Positions 27,398 to 36,578 of a stretch of 64,000 nt of DNA are shown piece by piece. Under the pieces are notes generated by a model. The model was not told the DNA's origin and searched no databases. It saw only the letters and a program-made list of their open reading frames with translations. Source of the stretch: a virus (taxonomy: Duplodnaviria > Caudoviricetes); IMG/VR virus record IMGVR_UViG_3300050142_000050, positions 185,639-249,638 of that record; one strand, written 5' to 3'. Both the position numbers and the translations under genes were made by a program. Positions within the stretch are counted from its first letter, which is position 1; each line of letters begins with the position of its first letter.

Positions 27398-28349
27398 CAA
27401 AGACGTCATCCGTCTCGAAGTCGGTGAAACCTATGTGGACGAGCTGGGGGCACTGGTACACGTTCATGAGAAGTCCGCCGGAGGAGGGCGCCGTGGCCTT
27501 TTTGCAGCTATCCGTCAGTTTGAAGGTAGTGCCGCGCCCGCCGATTACCTTTTCTACTACGAAGATGGTTCGAGCGCTAGTGCGTGGAACCATACTCCCA
27601 TCGTGAGTGTATCCGAACGCAAGTGGACTGACGTATTCGCCGGTTCGAATGAAGTACCTACGTTCACTACGGCTGACGTTCCCTTCCGGACGACAGTACC
27701 GGCTTCAGATAACAATTTATACGGCTATCATCCTCAGCCGTTACCTACACACCGGTGGGGTAATCATCCCTATCCGCAGCCTCCGGTGCCCGCGCCTTCT
27801 ACCCACCACTATGAACATACGCTATCTCAGGCTGGTAAAGCTGCATATGAGGCCAAGCTCACCGAAGACCCTGACTACTTCACAAATGCCCAGAAGGCCT
27901 TCAATGACAAGCGCGATCAGGAGTTTCTCGATCGCGTCAACTCGCTCCCTACCGATCCGTTCCGGAACGAGAAGGATGTCACCGCCATCGAAAGTCCTGT
28001 CGGTGTACTGAACATCCCGACACAGTCGATCTTCAGTGTGAGCATCTCCAAAGCAGGTCTGGATTCTGAATCGACATTCGGTCCTACCTTCATGAGGATC
28101 GGTGATCCACAACCACATGGTGACAATGGTCCATGTGTCACAGTCTCGATCACTCCTGATGTGAATTACAACGCAGACGGGTCGTTCTCCGTGCGGGTGA
28201 AGCCTATGAGGGCGCTGGGCCTCATTGCCATCAACTACATCATCAATGGGTCGATGCTCCGTGAGGAGATCCGACATGGATACACCGAGATCGATCGTGA
28301 TCTCAATATCAGTATCCTCGAGAAGATCGGCTTCATCTTCCCCACATAG
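27378..28349 (+). CDS. multi-domain hypothetical protein with Pro-rich linker
   Basis: GTG 27378 after AAGGAG; YHPQPLPTH...YPQPPVPAP linker. Confidence 0.75.
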   Translation: MSEDQDNKDVIRLEVGETYVDELGALVHVHEKSAGGGRRGLFAAIRQFEGSAAPADYLFYYEDGSSASAWNHTPIVSVSERKWTDVFAGSNEVPTFTTADVPFRTTVPASDNNLYGYHPQPLPTHRWGNHPYPQPPVPAPSTHHYEHTLSQAGKAAYEAKLTEDPDYFTNAQKAFNDKRDQEFLDRVNSLPTDPFRNEKDVTAIESPVGVLNIPTQSIFSVSISKAGLDSESTFGPTFMRIGDPQPHGDNGPCVTVSITPDVNYNADGSFSVRVKPMRALGLIAINYIINGSMLREEIRHGYTEIDRDLNISILEKIGFIFPT

Positions 28350-28369
28350 GCTGACGATCAGTAAGTAGT

Positions 28370-28398
28370 GGGTAGAGGGGGTAATACCCCCTCTACCC
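28370..28398 (+). terminator. inverted repeat, 14-bp arms, 1-nt spacer
   Basis: GGGTAGAGGGGGTA-A-TACCCCCTCTACCC then TTATTTTTT. Confidence 0.7.
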
Positions 28399-28434
28399 TA
28401 CTCTTATTTTTTAAGAATACAGCCTACCCATCCC

Positions 28435-28638
28435 ATGATAAAAGAAAGGGTCGCACCTATGGGATATCTCAGCATCAGAGAGCGATATCAAGTCGCCTCC
28501 ACCAAGTCCACGCACGGTAGTGAGAAACTCACACTGCGTTATAAGACTTGGAAAGAACGCAATCTCCATCTCTTCAGTCTATCCGATGGAAGTCTTTCCC
28601 ACGCAGATTGGTTCAAGCTCAAATTCAGGAGGAAATAA
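28435..28638 (+). CDS. small basic hypothetical protein
   Basis: TAATG stop/start overlap with next gene. Confidence 0.5.
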   Translation: MIKERVAPMGYLSIRERYQVASTKSTHGSEKLTLRYKTWKERNLHLFSLSDGSLSHADWFKLKFRRK

Positions 28639-29282
28639 TGTCCTTTTTCAAAAACAGTCATCGGGAGTCGGATATCAAAGTACCCAATCTCGATGAACTC
28701 TTCAAGGAGGTCATGGAAAAGTTCGGTGATGAGATCCGCACTATCCGAGAGAAAGCGCTCAAAGATTACATCGACAGTTTTAATGAGCTCTGCAACAGTG
28801 TCGATCAGAGTGAAACCGCGATGATCCGAGCCTTTACATCGGGTCACCCAATGCCGTGGGACAAGTGTGGATCACTAGTCCCGAGTTGCGTGAAGTCATT
28901 CACCCTCAAGGACGAGGGCACACCTCTCTCGCCGGGCCGCGATATAGCCGTCGACAAACACAGCAAATTCTACGTCGCTGTGGATATAATCGACGGTGCA
29001 TTGGTTTTGCGTGGTGAAGATGATCCCCATCCTCTCGAAGGACTCCTTGGTGAGGAGACATACCGGGATAATGAGCTGGACATCACCCTCTATGGTAAAG
29101 ACTCTACCCGACCAACCGTCTCTCTCGTGATCGAGATATGCCCGATGGCTCGGCTAGGTAATGTTCGAATCACCGATACAGATGGTAGGGACTGGGTCGT
29201 CAAGTTCCGACCCGGTGAAGGTGATGCGGTACTCAAGATGATCGAGAACAAGATCATCGCTTTTCACAAGAGGGACATCTGA
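28638..29282 (+). CDS. hypothetical protein
   Basis: AGGAGG RBS, ATG 28638. Confidence 0.75.
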   Translation: MSFFKNSHRESDIKVPNLDELFKEVMEKFGDEIRTIREKALKDYIDSFNELCNSVDQSETAMIRAFTSGHPMPWDKCGSLVPSCVKSFTLKDEGTPLSPGRDIAVDKHSKFYVAVDIIDGALVLRGEDDPHPLEGLLGEETYRDNELDITLYGKDSTRPTVSLVIEICPMARLGNVRITDTDGRDWVVKFRPGEGDAVLKMIENKIIAFHKRDI

Positions 29283-29284
29283 CG

Positions 29285-30058
29285 ATGAACTACATTCTCT
29301 CAGCTATCGCTTTCGGCATAGTCCTAGTCTTGGCATATGCCGAATATTGTTCGACTAAGAAAATCACCAAGCGGGTATACGAAAGGCCTCCACCTGCGGA
29401 GACACCTGTACCCGAAGAGAAACCTACCGAGGAGGTAGTGAGTATCTTACGATCTACACCTCGAGAGATTATCGCCAAGAATGCAGATCGGATCGAAGAG
29501 TTTCGTAAATCGACTGAGGAACTAGTCGAGAAGATCAATCGCGATCCTAACTACTTGACCAACTTGGTGAATAACAAGGTTGAGAAACCCTCCCTTGCGA
29601 ACCAACATGAAAAACTCGATCCGAAGGGCCACGTCGAGAATATCATCGAGAGTCATCGCGAGCTTTTGGAAGAAGCTCTGACTCACGCAATCGAAGAACT
29701 CCGAGACTCCCATCGCAAGATGTGGTATGATCAGTACGACGACATCAACTTCCTGAAGGTATTGAGATGGTCGCCGGAAGGAAGTCTTATCGCAGCTGTC
29801 ATCATTGACAAGATTATTTCTGTCAGTGAAGAAGAGACTGAAGAGTATGCTGTCCACGCGTGTAAGTGGGTGAGTCATAATTACCTACGATTCACCGATG
29901 GAGCCCTGCGGAAGAATACTTACAGTGAGTGGTATCGGACAGCCTCATCAGGACGCACTGTGACCGACCTACCACTTTTCCGTATAGGCGACCATGAGGT
30001 AAGTGTCGAAGTCTTCATCGAACGAAGTGAGGATGGGAAAAATGTTCCGACATCCTGA
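29285..30058 (+). CDS. N-terminally anchored membrane protein with helical domain
   Basis: ILSAIAFGIVLVLAY TM; GAGGG RBS. Confidence 0.75.
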   Translation: MNYILSAIAFGIVLVLAYAEYCSTKKITKRVYERPPPAETPVPEEKPTEEVVSILRSTPREIIAKNADRIEEFRKSTEELVEKINRDPNYLTNLVNNKVEKPSLANQHEKLDPKGHVENIIESHRELLEEALTHAIEELRDSHRKMWYDQYDDINFLKVLRWSPEGSLIAAVIIDKIISVSEEETEEYAVHACKWVSHNYLRFTDGALRKNTYSEWYRTASSGRTVTDLPLFRIGDHEVSVEVFIERSEDGKNVPTS

Positions 30059-30219
30059 TCGGCTTTAACAACACTGGTTTCACCCAGTACGTCGGTATCC
30101 ATTGTGAGGGTGGTGAAACCTACCACGTAGCAGCGGATGGTCATATACCGCGAGCTGAGGCGATTGCCGCTATCAAAGCACGTATCATCCGAGCAAAAAC
30201 ACACAGCAAGGAGTCGTAA
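30042..30219 (+). pseudogene. small gene apparently frameshifted immediately after its ATG (or a sequencing error)
   Basis: GAGG-spaced ATG 30042 reads into TAA after 8 codons. The +1 frame is open for about 57 codons (SDILIGFNNTGF...AIKARIIRAKTHSKES*). Confidence 0.35.
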
Positions 30220-30222
30220 CCC

Positions 30223-30600
30223 ATGCATTATGAAAAACTCATGGAGATCAATGCCGTCACGGTCAAGTCCGCCGATGAAATCCGGAATTCCGCCAACACC
30301 CGATTCGTGATCGATATCAAGGGTATCACTCAGCGCCCTCGTATGGATACCATCCAGATCGGTGGTCCTGAACACATCATCCGGATGATCCGTGATGAGC
30401 TTTCTGACATCACCGAACGAGGGACCCAGATCGATCCCTACTTCACGAAACTCATTTCTGAGAATCGTGAATCGTGCCAGACGTTCATCAATACCACATG
30501 TTCTGAACCCAATCACAGCAATCCTTTCGATTGCACTATCACACCCGTAGGAGGTGGTAGCTATATCGCCACCTACAACCTCTTCATCATCCCGAAATAA
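30223..30600 (+). CDS. hypothetical protein
   Basis: AAGGAG RBS. Confidence 0.7.
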   Translation: MHYEKLMEINAVTVKSADEIRNSANTRFVIDIKGITQRPRMDTIQIGGPEHIIRMIRDELSDITERGTQIDPYFTKLISENRESCQTFINTTCSEPNHSNPFDCTITPVGGGSYIATYNLFIIPK

Positions 30601-30617
30601 GAAAGGAACTCCCGCCC

Positions 30618-31100
30618 ATGAAACCCTCTGTTCTCAAGTCCATCCTCTTGGGTGGACTCATCCTCGTTACCACAGCCTGCTCTGATGAAGCACCTGACGA
30701 GTGCCTGCGTTCCAAGAACCCTCAGGAGTGCAACCAATGGCGCGATGCTGGGGGTGATGTCAGCGACTACCTCATCGGAGGTATCGCAGGCTTCGCTCTG
30801 GCTAAGGTCATGGACGGTGGTCGCCAACAGACCATCATCGTACATGACGCACACTACCAGGGTCCTCCACGTCACCTGCGCAACCGCATCCTGTCGCAGG
30901 ACATGCAGATCGCCCAGATGCGAAACAAGATCGCTTCGCAGAAGCTGGAACTCCAGCGTCAGCAATTGGCTAATGCCAAGAAGAAAGCAGAGATCTCTTC
31001 TCTGAAATCCACAACGTCCTACGCACCCACCAAGATGAACTACAGTTCTCGTACATCCTACTCGGTGTCGAGACCTTCTTCTTCGTCGAGGCGCAAATAA
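30618..31100 (+). CDS. lipoprotein with Ser/Arg-rich tail
   Basis: Signal MKPSVLKSILLGGLILVTTA-C lipobox, YLIGGIAGFALA hydrophobic patch, SSRTSYSVSRPSSSSRRK tail. Confidence 0.75.
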   Translation: MKPSVLKSILLGGLILVTTACSDEAPDECLRSKNPQECNQWRDAGGDVSDYLIGGIAGFALAKVMDGGRQQTIIVHDAHYQGPPRHLRNRILSQDMQIAQMRNKIASQKLELQRQQLANAKKKAEISSLKSTTSYAPTKMNYSSRTSYSVSRPSSSSRRK

Positions 31101-31111
31101 GGAGAGGTATC

Positions 31112-31348
31112 ATGTACCAACAAATATCTGATCTAGCCCAGGCGTTCGCTATCGTGGGTATGATCTTCTTCGTCATGGTGATCAGTATGACAGTCGTCGC
31201 ACTCCTGCTGGCGATCAGGAAGATCGTTTCGTGGCGCAAGCTGGACTCTCGCTCCAATGAAGTGGATGACTCCACAGTGGATGACACTGAGGCGAATGAG
31301 CGTGATCTCAAAGCCATCTTGAAGAGCATCGACAAGTACAGTCGATAA
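31112..31348 (+). CDS. small single-TM membrane protein
   Basis: GAGAGG RBS; long hydrophobic segment. Confidence 0.7.
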   Translation: MYQQISDLAQAFAIVGMIFFVMVISMTVVALLLAIRKIVSWRKLDSRSNEVDDSTVDDTEANERDLKAILKSIDKYSR

Positions 31349-31360
31349 GAGGAGGATCTC

Positions 31361-31879
31361 GTGGTCTTAGATACGACGAAAGAGTATTGCGTCAAACACC
31401 TCCGACGCGAGGACTTGATGATAAACAATCTACGACGCCATCATCCGGAAGGAGAAGTCGTCGTCGAATATCTCGACGATAATAAAGCTCATCTAGCGTC
31501 GAGGTCGTGGCCGATCGATGGCTATTCGATGTCGATCGAGCCCGATGAAGGAATAGTCCCATCCTACATCAGGGTATGTCCTCCTGACAACAGCACGGTC
31601 GTCCACAATCGATTCGGAGATCAGTATCCGATCCTGCATGATATCGTCATGCGGATGTACTCCTGCATAGCCAACAATGCATTTCGCGATGACGGGAGTG
31701 AGGAGGTATCCCGGGAGATACTCTCGAACAGGGCCCATGACATCCTCACCAATATGGAAGGATGGGATGGAGAGCTCGATCGGCAGATCTATTTCCCTGG
31801 AGGAGATTCGTTCTACGATATCTACTTCGATGTGGATAAGCTCATCGCCCAATTCGGCGGTACAGTGACTTCGTCCTAA
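31361..31879 (+). CDS. hypothetical protein
   Basis: GAGGAGG RBS, GTG start. Confidence 0.7.
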   Translation: MVLDTTKEYCVKHLRREDLMINNLRRHHPEGEVVVEYLDDNKAHLASRSWPIDGYSMSIEPDEGIVPSYIRVCPPDNSTVVHNRFGDQYPILHDIVMRMYSCIANNAFRDDGSEEVSREILSNRAHDILTNMEGWDGELDRQIYFPGGDSFYDIYFDVDKLIAQFGGTVTSS

Positions 31880-31889
31880 TTCACAAATA

Positions 31890-31916
31890 GGAGGAGTGGG
31901 TAGTACCCACTCCTCC
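31890..31916 (+). terminator. inverted repeat, 13-bp arms, 1-nt spacer
   Basis: GGAGGAGTGGGTA-G-TACCCACTCCTCC then TTTATTTTTT. Confidence 0.7.
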
Positions 31917-31978
31917 CTACCTCTTTATTTTTTGTCTCTACTATGCAATTGTGTGACATATCACTAAAGAGGCAATGT

Positions 31979-32689
31979 ATGAACAAGGTCATAAACTGCC
32001 ATCACTTTGGTGGTCCCACCAAAATACCTAAAGGTGTGAGATATGTGGGTAGACCTTCTACATTCGGTAATCCGTTTGCGAGTAGGACACTTAACATCAC
32101 ACGAGATGAGGCAGTAGCGCTCCATCTCCATTGGTTGTATGGGAAGATCAAAGAGGGCCCTTATGCCCTAGAGACCATCAAGAAAGATCTCAGTGGGCAT
32201 GATCTAGCATGCTTCTGTAAGAGCGATCATCATCACGAAACATGTCATGCTGATAATCTCCTAGAGGTAGCCCTCCCTAAAGGTCTGGAGAGAGATTACA
32301 GTCCATCTGTGATGAAGCTCCTCATAGACGATTTAAGGCACTCTACAGCAGCGATAGATAAAAGAGTGAGAGATACACCATCCCTACTCGAAGGACACGT
32401 CAATGGGCTCTTATTGCTAAATGAAGCTAGGTGTAGCCTCAACTATGTCCTGATCATGATGCGAGAGAAACAATTCCCCCTCGTAGAGCGTGAAAAGATC
32501 ATCGCGTTAGCACATGTCCTCCTAAGGGCTGCTTATCATGAGCTCGATGATGACGGTGTCAAGTATAGACTGACCCTCCTCAATTGGTTTTGTGATAAGA
32601 CCATCAAGCCTTATTTGCCCATTGAGGATATGCCTGTCAGGAAGAAAATAGCCAAGAAAGATAATACCAGAATAAAACCAACCAGTTAG
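31979..32689 (+). CDS. DUF4326 domain protein with C-terminal helical extension
   Basis: YVGRPSTFGNPF...R.EAV...WL...LSGHDLACFC...CHADNL is the DUF4326 pattern. Confidence 0.8.
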   Translation: MNKVINCHHFGGPTKIPKGVRYVGRPSTFGNPFASRTLNITRDEAVALHLHWLYGKIKEGPYALETIKKDLSGHDLACFCKSDHHHETCHADNLLEVALPKGLERDYSPSVMKLLIDDLRHSTAAIDKRVRDTPSLLEGHVNGLLLLNEARCSLNYVLIMMREKQFPLVEREKIIALAHVLLRAAYHELDDDGVKYRLTLLNWFCDKTIKPYLPIEDMPVRKKIAKKDNTRIKPTS

Positions 32690-32742
32690 GATGTCCATTA
32701 TTTGAAAATGGTTCTAACTTCTATCACAAGGACTCTTAGCTC

Positions 32743-33066
32743 ATGACTGGTCATCTTGAAATGTTCAGATCGATCTCGAAGGTGATGGAGGATCTCTCTA
32801 TCGGCGAGGACACTAAGGACATCCTGAGCAGAGCTCGATCCATGATCATCAATCAGAACTCTCTGATTGCTAGTTTGCAGTACAAGATGAGTATCATGGA
32901 GATGGGTCAGACCCTCAATATCCAGAGGGCACTGGAAATCACCTGTGCAAAGCCAGTCCTCAATCCCGATGTGGCTACCAAACTCTATCACATCCCGACC
33001 ACTGATCAGTATCTCACACTACCCGAGGTCTATCAGCTCGCTCGCGATCTGACCACCAAGATCTGA
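32743..33066 (+). CDS. hypothetical helical protein
   Basis: AAGGA upstream. Confidence 0.65.
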   Translation: MTGHLEMFRSISKVMEDLSIGEDTKDILSRARSMIINQNSLIASLQYKMSIMEMGQTLNIQRALEITCAKPVLNPDVATKLYHIPTTDQYLTLPEVYQLARDLTTKI

Positions 33067-33082
33067 CCAAAAGAAATAGATG

Positions 33083-33112
33083 ATGAGAGAGGGGCAGCTG
33101 CCCCTCTCTCAT
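33083..33112 (+). terminator. perfect 30-bp palindrome
   Basis: ATGAGAGAGGGGCAGCTGCCCCTCTCTCAT. Confidence 0.65.
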
Positions 33113-33130
33113 GTCATTATATTTCAACCT

Positions 33131-33146
33131 CATATTACTCTAGTGA
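33131..33146 (+). promoter_or_regulatory. phiKZ-type early promoter
   Basis: CATATTACTCTAGTGA, intergenic, after a hairpin. Confidence 0.65.
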
Positions 33147-33189
33147 GGTGAACGAGTCACCGAAGATTTATTTCACTAAGGAGGTCCTT

Positions 33190-33594
33190 ATGAATCTTTT
33201 TGTAATCACCCGTCGGCCCGAGTACAAAGACACTCTGGAATCTTTGTATATCGAAGCCGGCGATAAACGACTACACCTGCTCGATCACCACTTCATTATT
33301 GACCCGATTACACCGGATGGCTGTCCGCAGTTTATCGTCAACTTCCGCGAGATGTCGGCTCAAGAAATCGAGCAGCATATCACGAGTGTCATCGATCGTG
33401 AATGTCGGGGTATGATTCTTTTCACAAATGATCCGAAAGCTATCATACCTCTGCGCGTGATGCACATCGATTTCGTGGAAGGTATCTCTCACAAGTGTAA
33501 ATCGTTGTATATCGATAACATCCGAGAGGAACTTCTTGACGCATATCAGCGCAATCGCGAACACAATCTTTACGATAAGTTCATCAAGAACTGA
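33190..33594 (+). CDS. hypothetical early protein
   Basis: AAGGAGG RBS, ATG 33190, downstream of TATTAC promoter. Confidence 0.75.
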   Translation: MNLFVITRRPEYKDTLESLYIEAGDKRLHLLDHHFIIDPITPDGCPQFIVNFREMSAQEIEQHITSVIDRECRGMILFTNDPKAIIPLRVMHIDFVEGISHKCKSLYIDNIREELLDAYQRNREHNLYDKFIKN

Positions 33595-33641
33595 ACTCGT
33601 CTGTCGTATAATTCTACATTTTTCTGAGGTCAGAAAAGATC

Positions 33642-34841
33642 ATGAACAGCTACAATCAAGAAACGCGCCTGTACTACACTCGTGGTAAGGCTGCTCCCTC
33701 CAAGACTAAGGTCATCGCGAAGCCCTCTCCTATCCAGGACAAGAAGAAGCTCGCTTCCTTGATTATTACCCTGTCCATGATTGCAGGTATCCTTTCCATG
33801 AACACCAAAAGTGAGGGTGCAAACTCGCTTCCTCATCGTGAATATCCTATCACTTCTCAGGGCTATGACGTAGAGATATCGGCCAAACCCAAACTGGTGG
33901 ACTTCAAGTCCATCCGTACTCAAACCTCCAAAGGTAAGATGGGTGCTGAGTATGGTCGTCTCCTGGGTCTACCTGTCGAGAGTGCTGAAGCTATCGATGT
34001 CCCCAAAGTCGCCAATGTGAATTGGGAGAAGTCGATCTCTCACCTCTGGGATCTCAAACTGGGTCGTCGTAATGTGAGCGACTCGGCACGAGCCAATGCC
34101 AGTAAGGTGGTATCTGATTATGCTAACAAACCCAAGGATCTTAAGACGATCTCTCAGTTTGTGAAGCAGGTGGACCGCAGTGCTGTCGAGATGCATGCTC
34201 AGATCGATTTTAAGGCACTGTGCAGCGCCGTCAATGTCGAGCACTGCTCGTCACTCGTCCGTCTGACGAAACGCATCAGAGGGCGTAATCTGGTCAGCTA
34301 CGGCATGACCGAACTCTTCCCCAGCGACAATGGGGAATTCAACTACATCGCTTTGGACACAATCCTGCGTAATGCAGGTGAGACCTATCTCGATGCAGTA
34401 CCTGCTGGTTATGATCGCCTCCTCTCGAAGGGCTTCTATCAGTTCACGTCCTTTGCCATCCGTCGTGATGACTCTGGTCGTATGGGTGGTGTGACGATCG
34501 TCGACACCTATGCTGGTAAGAAGTTGGGTGATTCGGTTATCGGTCTCGACTATAAGGATGCCCATAAGGCAGCCTATGCGATGGCTGTGTATAACCTGGC
34601 TCAGGTCATGCGCACGATGAGTGCCCGTGATGCTGACACACTGGCCACCAAGTGCGATATCGCACAAGTGACTGAAGCGATCGCTATCGCTCATCACCTC
34701 CCGGCTGATGCCTGGGTCGCTACCCGTACTTGGGTGTCCCATGGCTGCTCGAAGCCTATCCAGTCCTATTTGACAAAAGCTTTGGTTATCTATGCCGATA
34801 AGACGGCTAGTAACTACAAAGCGCTTTCTGCCCACATTTAA
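33642..34841 (+). CDS. membrane-anchored protein, possible divergent lytic transglycosylase/lysozyme fold
   Basis: N-terminal TM LASLIITLSMIAGILSM; KGFYQFT resembles the GxxQ motif. CDS secure, function weak. Confidence 0.5.
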   Translation: MNSYNQETRLYYTRGKAAPSKTKVIAKPSPIQDKKKLASLIITLSMIAGILSMNTKSEGANSLPHREYPITSQGYDVEISAKPKLVDFKSIRTQTSKGKMGAEYGRLLGLPVESAEAIDVPKVANVNWEKSISHLWDLKLGRRNVSDSARANASKVVSDYANKPKDLKTISQFVKQVDRSAVEMHAQIDFKALCSAVNVEHCSSLVRLTKRIRGRNLVSYGMTELFPSDNGEFNYIALDTILRNAGETYLDAVPAGYDRLLSKGFYQFTSFAIRRDDSGRMGGVTIVDTYAGKKLGDSVIGLDYKDAHKAAYAMAVYNLAQVMRTMSARDADTLATKCDIAQVTEAIAIAHHLPADAWVATRTWVSHGCSKPIQSYLTKALVIYADKTASNYKALSAHI

Positions 34842-34859
34842 CAAGGAAGGATTTCTCCT

Positions 34860-35195
34860 ATGCTTTTACTCGCTGTATTGATCGGTGTATCCTCGCACGT
34901 GTCATCGCCTTCGCATGGTTCATCTATTGCTACGCATGCGGCTGTGCGAGCAGCTACTGCCGGACATAGTTCGTCGACGACTCACTCGACTCACTACGAT
35001 GACCATCAGGATACCAAGGGTCCCGGTCAGGTACCGACCCAGTCGGGCGAGCGCCCTATGCCTCCTCGGGGTTGGTATTTCATCGACGATGAACTCGGTG
35101 TGTTCCGCATGATCGATCGGGCGAATTGTCGTGTGATGCAGGCCAACTTTGGCACTCACACGCGTTGCGTCTTCACTTCCATGGTTCGCGAATAA
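34860..35195 (+). CDS. secreted/membrane His-Ser-rich small protein
   Basis: Hydrophobic N-terminus then SSHVSSPSHGSS...HSSSTTHSTH. Confidence 0.65.
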   Translation: MLLLAVLIGVSSHVSSPSHGSSIATHAAVRAATAGHSSSTTHSTHYDDHQDTKGPGQVPTQSGERPMPPRGWYFIDDELGVFRMIDRANCRVMQANFGTHTRCVFTSMVRE

Positions 35196-35244
35196 CTGAG
35201 GACTGAGACAAGTACCGTCTCCTATTACAAAAAGGATCATTCCC

Positions 35245-35901
35245 ATGGTGAATCCCATTTTCGAATCGATGATCAAGGACTACCCGCTGATCGTGGCCAA
35301 GAAGAGCCCGGTGCTCTACTATCTGACTGTGGAAGATGGCTACTACATCGGTCTGTCCTACTGTCGTCGTACGACTGACGGACAGTTCGGTCGTATCACC
35401 CGAGTGGCTCTGGATCGTCATTGGTACCCGGTCCGTGAATTGCGTCCTCATCGTCACAATGACGATCTCAAGATCGATTATCATCTGATCACACCCAAGC
35501 TACTGGAAGAAGCCACTGCTGTGATCCATGCACTGGCTCCGCATTCTGGTGTATTACCGGCATTCCCCCCGGCGGTGCCTCTGTATCATGGTGCGCAGGC
35601 GATCATCGACATCATCACTCGACAGATCGTGGGCTACGCAGTATCGTCTCCGAGCGAAGGTCTTGTCATCCAGACCATGGATAGTCCGGATACCGGCAAA
35701 CCAATCGGGTCGAAGACCATCCGTGAGGCCGAGTATCAGATCTACGCACCGCGTTTGCGTAATGTGATGCTCGCAGACTTCCGGGCGGGAACTCTCGATC
35801 CTTACTATTCGGACATCCCCGAATACGGAGTCGAGGTGAAAGCCCCCAAGGCTCCCAAGAAGTTTGTCGGCCATGTCAAGGACCTCCAGCCGACTGGGTG
35901 A
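35245..35901 (+). CDS. hypothetical protein
   Basis: AAGGA RBS. Confidence 0.75.
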   Translation: MVNPIFESMIKDYPLIVAKKSPVLYYLTVEDGYYIGLSYCRRTTDGQFGRITRVALDRHWYPVRELRPHRHNDDLKIDYHLITPKLLEEATAVIHALAPHSGVLPAFPPAVPLYHGAQAIIDIITRQIVGYAVSSPSEGLVIQTMDSPDTGKPIGSKTIREAEYQIYAPRLRNVMLADFRAGTLDPYYSDIPEYGVEVKAPKAPKKFVGHVKDLQPTG

Positions 35902-35905
35902 TCCC

Positions 35906-36226
35906 ATGACTCCACACCTAATCACAAATCCGATCATCGAACAGTACTGTTCCTTCGGTAGTCACGAAAACATATATCAGACGATGATCAGTTATGGAAT
36001 GACCCCTGGTCAAAGATCGACCGCAGACCTATGGGGTCGAACGGTACCTACCATCGAGAATGAAGACGATGGTAGTGTCAGGTTCATTCTCAGGATCACC
36101 CTCAAACGAGGTACCCTCGAAGGTATCATGAGTGTCGGTCATGTCAGCGAGCACAAGCAGTCGATAATCGATACCGCTGAGCAAATCCTGGTATTCTTCA
36201 CCACCAGTCCTACAGGAGTCGCATAA
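35906..36226 (+). CDS. hypothetical protein
   Basis: ATG 35906 just after upstream stop. Confidence 0.65.
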   Translation: MTPHLITNPIIEQYCSFGSHENIYQTMISYGMTPGQRSTADLWGRTVPTIENEDDGSVRFILRITLKRGTLEGIMSVGHVSEHKQSIIDTAEQILVFFTTSPTGVA

Positions 36227-36463
36227 ATGCGCCGCTATCGAGTAACAGAAGGACAGTTACTGAGGTGCAAAATCACGGGCGTGGTCTCTAAGGTACTCGA
36301 TGTGCGCAGGCACATCGTGTATCTGGAGTGCAACGATCAGTCCCGAGTCGAGTTACCGCTCGACACCGTGATCGAGAACCTCACTCCCATCAGTCGCAAT
36401 GAAAAGGGGAACCGTTATGGTCGAGGAGACCGACGAGTACGTCGCCAGCAAAAAGCGGCGTAA
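36227..36463 (+). CDS. hypothetical protein
   Basis: AGGAG RBS; abuts upstream stop. Confidence 0.65.
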   Translation: MRRYRVTEGQLLRCKITGVVSKVLDVRRHIVYLECNDQSRVELPLDTVIENLTPISRNEKGNRYGRGDRRVRRQQKAA

Positions 36464-36569
36464 GAACAAAGATACCCGCAGACCCACTCCTAATGTGGGC
36501 GGCACTGTGGCTCTGAGTGTGGCGCTCTTTGCCTTATCGGTATACATCATCGTCACGCATGGATCCTAG
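36417..36569 (+). CDS. 50-aa C-terminally anchored membrane peptide (not in track)
   Basis: AAGGGG RBS; MVEETDEYVASKKRRKNK...VALSVALFALSVYIIV. Confidence 0.55.
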   Translation: MVEETDEYVASKKRRKNKDTRRPTPNVGGTVALSVALFALSVYIIVTHGS

Positions 36570-36578
36570 GAGATCATC

